Assembly (NCBI RefSeq): GCF_963921235.1
Contig: NC_086108.1
Span: 5,456,001-5,520,000, forward strand
DNA length: 64,000 nucleotides
DNA from: Mobula hypostoma
Taxonomy: Eukaryota
Direction of reading: 5' to 3'
Shown: piece after piece, positions 54,483 to 64,000 of the stretch
Layout: each line of letters starts with the position of its first letter
Position numbering within the stretch: the stretch's first letter is position 1
The notes under the pieces: generated by a model
Told to the model about the DNA's origin: nothing
The model's database searches: none
The model's input: only the letters and a program-made list of their open reading frames with translations
Program-made: the position numbers and the translations under genes

Positions 54483-55811
54483 CCTCGATTAGCCTGCATG
54501 ATAGCCTGAATATCAGCCTGGATTTTTGCGCTCAAGACTCTGGGTGGGACTTGGTCCGAAGTCTTTAGCTCGAGGTAAAGGAATTCTGCCCATGGAAAAT
54601 CTGTTACAGCATTTTGAGTGTTAAGGAGGAAACCTCAGGCTTGAATAGATACCCACCATACTCTCAATGGTTCAATTTCATATCAGAGAATATTTACAGT
54701 ATGTAACCTTAATTTTTACTCTTCACAGAATCCACAAAATGGAAAAACGCCAAAGGCTGAATGACAGAAAAACATTAGTACCCCAAAGCCCCCCCTCACT
54801 CACAAGCAGCAACAAAGCATTAACCCTCCCCCCCATTTGTTTGAGCAAGAAGTAATAGCAAAGTCCCCAAAGAGACCATGATCTACAATACATAAAGATC
54901 TACAATGCATCAAATTCTACAGTCCATAACCCAGCGGCCGGCGGTCTCTCTCTCTAACAAGGGAGAGTGAGACGTCACCCCTTCCACAGTGAGAAAGAAG
55001 GCCAACAAACAGTCAATGTTACAGTCTGTAACGTTGCTTTTATTCCAAGTTTTTTTGAGAGTGTGAATGAGAGTGGGGGAGGGGGGCAGGGAGGGGAAAA
55101 GGGGGGCAGAGAGAGACAGAGGTAAAGATAGAGTTCGATCTTCCAAGTATATTAATAAAACAACATACTGTCAGATCATTTGCCATCACCGGTGCATTAT
55201 TTAATTGGTAGCTAAATTTATCTCATGCGAGAGTAATTTATGGGAAGTACTGCTTGTGAGCTGGAAGCCATCTTCAATCACTTTTGTCTTTGACAGTAGA
55301 AATATTGACGCAGAAAAAGACCATCGCCCAGTAAATGGTTTAAGAGAGATTTGAGTATTCTGTTACATAAATCTCAGAATGCCAAGATGCAGATTATTAG
55401 CAAATGGTTAGGAACCTTGAAGATGCCTACACCCTCACCTCCATTCAGGGCCCCAAGCAGTCCCTCCAGGTGAGGCAACACTTCAGTTGCAAACCTGCTG
55501 GGGTAGTCTACTGTGGCCAGCACTCTTGATGTGGCTTTCTCACATGGGCAAGACCACCGTAAATTGGGGGACCTCCTTGTCAAGCACCTCTGCACCATCC
55601 ACCACAAGTGGGACTTCACAGTGACCAAATATTTTAATTACATTCCCATTCCAACATGGAAATATACGGCTTCCTCTTGGCACAAGAGGAGGCCATTCTC
55701 GGGGCAGAGGAGAAACATGTTATATTCCCTCAGGGTAGGCTTGAACCTGATGGCATGAATATTGATTTCTCCTTCCAGTAAACAAATTCTTCCCTCCCAT
55801 CCCTCTCTCAT

Positions 55812-56062
55812 CGGCTGGTGGCGCAGTGACATCAGCGCTGGACTCCGGAGCGAAGGTTCCCTAGCTCGAATCTAGTCGGGCTGCTCCTGGGCACACTTTC
55901 CATCCATACCGGGTTGAGTGTCGAGCTCACAACTTGGCCTCATAAAAAAAAACTGCACTGTGAGAAGGACGTGGGGGACCACTCACAGAACATTTCCCCC
56001 ACGACAACCACTTGAAAAAGTGGTCACCGAGGCTCTGGCAGAGTATGACACACAAAAAAAAA
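55812..56062 (+). mobile_element. tRNA-derived SINE, inserted in a Penelope fragment (~55400-56315)
   Basis: A-box TGGCGCAGTG, B-box-like GCTCGAATC, A-rich tail; same family as ~63806-63945. Confidence 0.7.
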
Positions 56063-56505
56063 ATCCCTCTTTCCTTATTCCCCAGTCTGACCTTTTACCT
56101 CTTCTCAACTGCCTGTTACTTCCCACTAGGTCTCCTCATCCTTCTCTACCCACCTGGCTTCATCTATCACGTTCCAGCCATCCTTCCCCCCCCCCAACCT
56201 TTTTTATTCTGGTGTCTTCCCCCTTCCTTCTCAGTCCTGAAACATTGACTGTTCATCCATTTCCATAGATGTTGGCTGAAATGCTGAGTCCCTCTAGCAT
56301 TTTGTGTGTGTTGCTGGTGATGCTTCAGCCTTGGTAAAAAGTGAACAGCATTGCAAGTTCTTCATTTTAAAAATATATTTGTTTATTGAATGTGGGCAAA
56401 AATAGCCATCCTGGCATTTAGTATCCATTGGTACTGCCTCTGTAGTCAATTAGATTGCCAAGTCTAAAGTTCAAACTTCAAAGTAAATCTTATTATCCAT
56501 CTACA

Positions 56506-58233
56506 CAAGTTGCAAGAGAAAGTTTGTGAACCCTTTGCAGTTACCTGGTTTTCTACTTTATACTTTTATACTGCATACTTTATTGTCACCAAACAATTGA
56601 TACTAGAACGTACAATCATCACAGCGATATTTGATTCTGTGCTTTGCGCTCCTTGGAGTACATTAATTACTCATAAAATGTGGTCTGATCTTCATCCAAG
56701 TTACAATAATAGACAAACACAATCTTCCTAAACCAATAACACACAGACAATTGTACTCTTGATGTCTTTATTGAACACATGGTTTAATCATTCATAGTCC
56801 AGGCTGGAAAAACTGTGTGAACCCTTGTATTTAATATCTGGTAGAACCTCCTTTAGCAGCAGTAACCTCCACCAAATATTTCCTGTAGCTGTTGATCAGA
56901 CTTGCACATCAGTGAGGAGAAATTTTAGACGAATCCACCATTTAAAAAAAATAGTTTCAGTTCATCAATATTTCTGGGATACCTTGTATAAACAGCCCTC
57001 TCCGTGTCATGCCACAGCATCTCAATTGGGTTAATATCTGGACTCTTGACTTGGCCATTCCAAAGCACACATTTTTCTTTTTAAACCATTCTGTTGTTGA
57101 TTTACTCTTGTATTTTGAATCATTGTCTTGTTGCATTATCTAACTTCTATTAACCTTCAGGTGATGGACCATTACCCTGATATTTGCCTGACAATTATCT
57201 TGATACAATTTTGAATTCACTGTTCTCTCAATGATAACAAACTGTCCAGGCCCTGAGGCAGCAAAGCTATCCCAAACCATGATGCTCTTTCCACCATGCT
57301 TCACAGTTGGAATGAGGTTTTGGTGTTGGTGTGCAGTGCCCTTTTCCCTCCAAACACAGTAGTGTGCATTTCTGCCGAAAAGTTCAACTTTTGTCTCATC
57401 TGTCCAACATTGTCCCAGAAGCATTGTAGAACATCCAGGTGGTCTTTTGCAAACTTGAGACATGCACCAATGGTTTTTTTGGAGAGCAGTGATTTCCTTA
57501 GTGGTATCCTTCCATAAAACACTATTCTTGTTCAGTGTTTTTCGTATAGTGGACACATGAACAGACACTTTAGCAAGTTCTGGAAATTTCTGCAGTTTTA
57601 CCGCTACCCTTGGGTATTTTTTCACCTCCTTCGGCATTGCACATTGTGCTACTGATGTGATCTTTGCAAGATGCCCACTCCTAGGGAGAGTAGCAACGGT
57701 ACTGAGTTTCCTCCATTTGTAGACAATTTCTCTTACTGTGAACTGACGAACACTCAGGTCTTTAGAAATGCTTTTGTAGCCTTTTACAGCTTCAAGCGTG
57801 CATCTCTACAATTCTTCTTCTAAGGTCCTCTGAAAGTTGTTTTGATTGAGCCACAGCATATGTAAAGATCTCTTTCTTGAGAAGAGCAGGCTTCGTCAGT
57901 AACCTGACTTTGTGTGTCTTTTTTAATAGGGCAGGGCATTTCCAAAACCTAACCTCCAATCTCATCTCACTGATTGGAACACCTGAATCCAAATAGCTTT
58001 TGTAGAAGGCATTACCCCAGAGGTTCACTTACCTTTTTGAACCTAGACTGTGATTGTTTGAATGGTATACTCAGTATTGATGAGAAGTATAACTGTTTGT
58101 GTTATTAGTTTAGGCAGATTGCGCTTCCTATTACTGTATTGTGACTTAGATAATGATCAGATCACAGTTTATGAGTAATTAATGCAGTAAACCAGGTAAT
58201 GGTAAAGGGTTCAGAAATGTATTCCTGCAACTG
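56506..58233 (-). mobile_element. Frog Prince-related Tc1 transposon, degenerate
   Basis: TIRs agttgcaagagaaagtttgtgaaccc / gggttcagaaatgtattcctgcaactg|TA; SKQLSEDLRRRIVEMH, VSVHVSTIRKTLNKN, WTDETKVELFG, PTVKHGGKSIMVW. Confidence 0.85.
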
Positions 58234-61200
58234 TATATTTATATTAAATAGTTAAACTAAAAATAGTGTAAAAACAGAAATAATAAAAAGCGAGGTAGTG
58301 TTCATGGGTTCAATGCCTATTTAGGAATTTGTTGGCAGAGGAGGAGCTGCTCCTGAGTCACTGAGTGTGTACCTTCAGGCTTTCGTACCTCCTTTCTGAC
58401 AGTGATCATGAGAAGAGGGCATACACTCAATGGTTGAGATGGCTTTACCCGTGATGGACTGGGCCACATCCACGATTTTCTGTAGGATTTTCCATTCAAG
58501 GGCATTAGTATTTCTATACCAGGGTGTGAGGTAGCCAGTCAATATACTCTCCACCACACATCTATAGAAGTCTGCAGTTATACTTAGGTCAGTGAGAGAA
58601 ACGATAACATATCTCTACCCTGAAGCACATCAGTGAACCAGATGGACTTTCAAAACTGTGATGAATTCACACATAATATTGCTTGGTCCGACCAAGCAGA
58701 GTCCACTGCCAAGAAGGCCCATCAGCGCCTTTACTTCCTGAGAAAGCTAAAGAAATTTAGCCTATCCCCTAAAACCCACACTAATTTTTATAGATGCACC
58801 ATAGAAAGCATTCTCCCAGGGTGCATCACAACCTGGTATGGAAGTTGTCCCGTCCAAGACCGAAAGAAGCTGCAGAAGATCGTGAACACAGCGCAGCACA
58901 TCACACAAACCAATCTTCGGTCCGTGGATTCACTTTACACCGCACGTTGTCGGAACAGTGCTGCCAGGATAATCAAGGACACGACCCACCCAGCCAACAC
59001 ACTGATCCTGAATCTATAGAACATTGGAAAATGATTACCAGTGTGTCCACGATTTCTAAAGCCACCTCCTGAAGTACCCTGGGATGCAGACCATCAGGTC
59101 CTGGGGACTTACCAGCCTTCAGACCCAACAGCCTATCCAACACCATTTCCTGCCTAATATAAATTTCTTTCAATTCATCCATTACCCTAGGTCCTTTGGC
59201 CACTATTACATCTGGGAGATTGTTTGTGTCTTCCCTAGTGAAGACAGATCCAAAGTACCTGTTCAACTCGTCTGCCATTTCCTTGTTCCCCATAATAAAG
59301 TCACCTGTTTCTGTCTTCAAGGGCCCAATTTTGGTCTTAACTATTTTTTTTCCTTTTCACATACCTAAAGAAGCTTTTACTCTCCTCCTTTATATTCTTG
59401 GCTCGTTTACCTTCGTACTTCATTTTTTCTCCACGTATTGCCTTTTTAGTTACCTTCTGTTGCTCTTTAAAAGTTTCCCAATCCTCCGGCTTCCCACTCG
59501 TCTTTGCTATGTTATACTTCTTCTCTTTTATTTTTATACTGTCCATTACATCCCCTGTCAGCCACGGCAAGATGTTTTACAGTACAGGTACACCAGGTTC
59601 AATTCCCACCGCTGTCTGTAAGAAGTATGTACGTTCTCAATGGTGACCGTGAGGGTTTCCTCCAGGTGCTCTGGTTTCCTCCCACAGTCTAAAGACGTAC
59701 CGGTTGGTAGGTTAATTGGTCATTTTGCATGGCTGTATCTTACTGATATCTTCCATGTGCTTGCTATTTTCTATGTGCTATGTGTGCTTTGTGCTGTGCA
59801 ACCATTGCAGCTTGGCCCCAGAGTAATGCCACCTCGTTTGACTGTATTCACGGGTATTCATGTATGGTTGAATGACAATTAAACTTGAATTGAATTGAAT
59901 TAGGTTGTGATTAAACCAGGGGATTACTTGGTGGTGTGGTTTGAAGGGCCCATTCCACGCTGTATCTCAATAAACAAAAAAAAAACTCCAAATTTAGCAC
60001 AGTACATCCTGTTAATACATCAGAATTTGGAGTTCAATTCCAGCAACCTCTATAAAACCGTTTGTACATTCCTTCCCAAGTACGGATGGGGGTGGGGGGG
60101 GGGGCTTCCTCTGGTTTCCTGCTGCAGTCCAAAGACATACTGGTTAGTAGGGTAATTGGTCATTGTAAATTGTCCTGTGATTAGGCTAGGGTTAAATCTG
60201 TGGGTTGTTGGGCGGCACGGCTCGGTGGGCTGGAAGGGCCTGTTCCTCGCGGTGTCTCTAAGTAAATAAATAAAAATGCAGAGACATTAGAGCAGCCTTT
60301 CCCAACCTCTTTGCCCTGGAGGAACCCTTGAAATAATATTCAGGTCTCAGGGAACCCCTGCATAAAAATTATATCTACAGCTCACAGTAAGTTAGCTTGT
60401 TCAGTTAGCTTGTTGATATAATAATCCAAAAATAATTGTCAATGCTCTTAAGAGAATGAATTTTTAGTCAACCTTTCTTTAAAAAAAAAGTTAAGCGTAG
60501 CTTACCTTTCTTGAAAGTAATCTCTTTCTTTCCCTTTCATAAATTTTAAAAGCTCATAAGGCAAATGTAATTTCTCAATTTTGGATTGAACTTGAGATAA
60601 GCACACACAGATTTCACCCTCAACTGAAATGAAACAATCTCTATGCTTGCTCTTAATGCCTGTTAAACAAGAAAAAGTTTGTTCGTGCATATAAGAAGTT
60701 GAAAACAGCAGCAAAATGTTCATTGTTTTCCTAAGAATGACAGGATACTCTTCTTTCACAGAAATCCAGAACTTGGCCAGAGGTAGGTCAGTAAATTTCC
60801 ATAAGACATAGGAGCACAATTAGGCCATCTGGCCCATCGAGTCTGCTCCACCATCCAATCATGGCCAATCCTCTTTTTCTCCCCTCCTCTTCAACCCCAG
60901 TTCCCGGCCTTCTCCTTGTAATCTTTGATGCCATGTCCAATCAAGAACCTATCAATCTCTGCCTTAAATACACCCAACAACCTGGCCTCCATAGCGACAT
61001 GTGGCAACAAATTCCACAAATTCACCACCCTTTGGCTAAAGAAATTTCTCTGCATCTCTGTTTTGAAATGGCGCCCCTCTATCCTGAGGCTGTGCCCTCT
61101 CGTCCTAGACTCTCCCACCATGGGATACATCCTTTCCACATCTACTCTGTCTAGGCCTTTCAACATTCCAAAGGTTTCAATGAGATCCGCCCCCCCCATC

Positions 61201-62076
61201 CTTCTGAATTCCAGCGAGGAGTCCCAGAGCCATCAAACGTTCCTTGTATGATAACCCTTCATCCTCATGAATCTCCTCTGGACCCTCCCCAATGCCAGCA
61301 CATCTTTTCTACGATGAGGGAACCAAAATTGTTCATAATACTCAAGGTGAGGCCTCACCAGTGCTTTATAAAGCCTCAACATCACATCCTTGCTCTTGTA
61401 TTCTAGACCTCTTGAAATGAATGCTAACATGGCATTTGCCTTCCTCATCACCGACTCAACCTGCAAGTTAACCTTCAAGGTGTTCTGCACAAGGACTCCC
61501 AAGTCCCTCTGCATCTCAGATTCCTGGATTTTCTCCCCGTTTAGAAAATAGTCTGCACATTTATCTCTACTACCAAAGTGCATGATCATGCATTTTCCAA
61601 CATCGTATTTCATTTGCCACTTTCTTGTCCATTCTCCTAATCTAAGTTCTTTTGCATCCTACCTTTTTCCTCCACACTACCTGCCCCTCCACCAATCTTT
61701 GTATCATCTGCGAACTTGACAACAAAGCCATCTATTCCATCATCTAAATCACTGATATACAGCATAAAAAGAAGTGGTCCCAACAACGACACCACTGTTG
61801 GGACCACTTGCGGTACACCACTGGCAGCCAACCAGAAAATGATCCTTTTATTCCCACTTGCTGCCTCCTACCCATCAGCCAATACTCTAACCATATTAGT
61901 AACTTTCCTGTAATACCATGGGCTCTACACTGGTAAGCAGCCTCATGTGTGACGCCTTGTCAAAGGCCTTCTGGAAGTCCAAATATACATCATCCACTAC
62001 ATCCCCTTTATCTAGCAACACACATAAAAGTTGCTGGTGAACGCAGCAGGCCAGGCAGCATCTCTAGGAAGAGGTA

Positions 62077-62114
62077 CAGTCGACATTTCGGGCCGAGACC
62101 CTTCGTCAGGACTA
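62077..62114 (-). ncRNA. Minimal type I hammerhead ribozyme motif (Penelope pLTR)
   Basis: Minus strand: agtc CTGACGA a gggtctcggccc GAAA tgtc gact; stem I AGTC/GACT, stem II GGGT/GCCC, vestigial stem III. Confidence 0.75.
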
Positions 62115-63121
62115 ACTGAAAGAAGAGCTAGTAAGAGATTTGAAAGTGGGAGGGGGAGGGGGAGATCCGAAATAATAGAAGACAGGAGGGGGAGGGATGG
62201 AGCCAAGAGCTGGACAGTTGATTGGCAAAAGGGATATGAGAGGATCATGGTGCAGGAGGCCTAGGGAGAAAGAAAAGGGGGTGGGGGGGACCCAGAGGAT
62301 GGGCAAGGGGTATAGTGAGGGGGACAGAGGGCGAAAAAGGAGAGAGAGAAAAAGAATGTGTGTATATAAATAAATAACAGATGGGGTACGAGGGGGAGGT
62401 GGGGCAATAGCGGAAGTTTGAGAAGTCAATGTTCATGCCATCAGGTTGGAGGCTACCCAGATGGAATACAAGGTATTGTTCCTCCAACCTGAATGTGGCT
62501 TCATCTTTACAGTAGAGGAGGCCGTGGATAGACACATCAGAATGGGAATGGGACGTGGATTTAAAATGTGTGGCCACTGGGAGATCCTGTTTTCTCTGGC
62601 GGACAGAGGGTAAGTGGACGTAGAATTAAAATGTGTGGCCACTGGGAGATCCTGCTCCCAATGGCCACACATTTTAATTCCATACCCCATTCCCATTCTG
62701 ACATGTCTATCCACGGCCTCCTCTCCTGTAAAGATGAAGCCACACTCAGGTTGCAGGAACAACACCTTATATTCCGTCTGGGTAGCCTCCAACCTGATGG
62801 CATGAACATTGATTTCTCAAACTTCCGCTAATGCCCCACCTCCCCCTCGTACCCCATCCGGTATTTATTTATATACAAACATTCTTTTTCTCTCTCTCCT
62901 TTTTCTCCCTCTGTCCCCCTCACTATACCCCTTGCCCATCCTCTGGGTTCCCACCCTCCCCCTTTTCTTTCTCCCTAGGCCTCCTGTCCCATGATCCTCT
63001 CATATCCCTTTTGCCAATCAACTGTCCATCTCTTGGTTCCATCCCTCCTCCTCCTGTCTTCTCCTATCATTTTGGATCTCACCCTCCCCCTCTCAAATCT
63101 CTTACTAACTCTTCCTTCAGT

Positions 63122-63159
63122 TAGTCCTGACGAAGGGTCTTGGCCCAAAACGTCGACTG
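63122..63159 (+). ncRNA. Minimal type I hammerhead ribozyme motif, core G>A mutated
   Basis: agtc CTGACGA a gggtcttggccc AAAA cgtc gact; the GAAA core reads AAAA. Confidence 0.65.
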
Positions 63160-63805
63160 TACCTCTTCCTAGAGATGCTGCCTAGCCTGCTGCGTTCACC
63201 AGCAACTTTGATGTGTGTTGCTTGAAATTCCAGCATCTGCAGATTTCCTCGTGATCCCCTTTATTGATTCTACTTGTAATCTCCTCAAAGAATTCCAGGC
63301 TCATCAGGCAGGATCTTCCTTGAAGGAATCCATGCCGACTTTGAACTATCTTGTCCTGTGTCACCAACTACTCCTTTACCTCATCCTTAACAATTGACTC
63401 CAACATCTTCCCAACCGCTGAGGTCAGGCTAACTGCTCCATAACTTCCTTTCTGCTGTCCTCCTTTCTTAAAGAGTGGAGTGACATTTGCAATTTTCCAG
63501 TTCTCTAGCACCATGCTAGAGTCCAATGATTTCTGAAAGATCTCATCTTGAGTGCAGCATCAGAGTACAGCTCACAGAGCTCTTCCTCTTCTCTCAAAGT
63601 CAAGTTCTCAGGCTGAACAGAAGATTCAGAGAAAGGGTTCCTCACCCAGTCATACACTTGTGTTGAAAGGGAGGAAAAATACTGTTCAATTTTGTTCGGC
63701 ATTTCTTCTAGGTGGTTTTCAATAAGACTTGAGACTTTCTGATATCCTTCCTCAATCTCAAGGCCAAGCAGCAAAGGAAACATTTCAAGATTTCCTGATA
63801 CATAG

Positions 63806-63945
63806 GCTGGTTGGTGGCGTAGTGGCATTAGCGCCAGACTTTGGAGCAAAGGCTTCCGAGTTCAAACCCAGCCGGCTCCCTGGAACGCTTTCCATCCGTG
63901 CTGGGTTGACCGTCAAGCTAGCAACTCGACCTCGTAAAAAAGAAA
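63806..63945 (+). mobile_element. tRNA-derived SINE
   Basis: A-box TGGCGTAGTGG and B-box GTTCAAACC; homologous to 55812-55950. Confidence 0.7.
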
Positions 63946-64000
63946 TTCCCTGTTACAGAAACATCAACAGCAAAAAAAGTTGATGGCCTATGCTCTCTCG

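Larger units (their letters stand above)
62012..63253. mobile_element. Penelope-like insertion with ~570-bp inverted arms (pLTR palindrome)
   Basis: Arms ~62015-62585 and ~62656-63222 are reverse complements, each encoding ATHF.S.SHSHSD.SIHGLL.CKDEAT.RL.EQ.L.F.LGSLQPDGMNIDFSNFR; flanked by duplicated ATCCCCTTTAT (62001-62011 and 63254-63264). Confidence 0.88.
60800..63538 (-). mobile_element. CR1 LINE inserted in the hAT and itself interrupted by a Penelope
   Basis: 3' tail at 60800; KFADDTKIGG, LYKALVRPHLEY; the RT continues at 63254-63538 (SRHGFLQGRSCLMSLEFF). Confidence 0.88.
60293..63805 (-). mobile_element. hAT (Charlie/Buster, ZBED5-like) transposon 3' half, split by a CR1 insertion
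   Basis: 63540-63800 encodes ...DWVRNPF...EEEELCELYSDAALKMR and continues at ~60797 as FTDLPLAKFWISVKEEYP...LLLFSTSYMHEQTFS (dimerisation domain); TIR cagcctttcccaacct at 60293. Confidence 0.85.

Noticed and set aside
60502..63849. ZBED5/FAM200-like host gene exons
   Set aside because: The two pieces are separated by a CR1 rather than a GT-AG intron, key motifs are degenerate and a TIR is adjacent.
40593..64000. Upstream C19orf47 exons (start codon and the ATSEWIQFF...VDNR exon)
   Set aside because: Scanned the non-repeat islands by eye and found no match; probably outside the window, though a miss cannot be excluded.

Overview
Vertebrate genomic DNA, most likely from a cartilaginous fish (ray or shark; inferred from dense CR1/HER1-type LINEs with short 3' tandem tails, Rex1/Babar, Penelope and Tc1 repeats). 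One host gene is visible: a C19orf47 orthologue (SAM-like N-terminus, repeated S/GVFxRLG motifs) on the minus strand. Six coding exons were traced with GT-AG sites and matching phases: 40478-40592, 30369-30450, 23049-23177, 17363-17509, 10980-11050 and 1-429 (runs off the window). The upstream coding exons were not found and probably lie beyond 64000. The introns are almost all transposon debris, often nested: a Sleeping Beauty-like Tc1 with a duplicated right end, Passport- and Frog Prince-like Tc1s, Tiggers, a hAT split by a CR1 that is itself split by a palindromic Penelope insertion with hammerhead ribozyme motifs, two solo LTRs with TSDs, Vingi and HERO relics, a composite MITE, a tRNA-iMet pseudogene, and two ~99% identical inverted CR1 copies bracketing two exons. 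Nearly all ORFs in the supplied track are TE fragments or noise. Family names come from recalled protein and terminal motifs, not from database searches.
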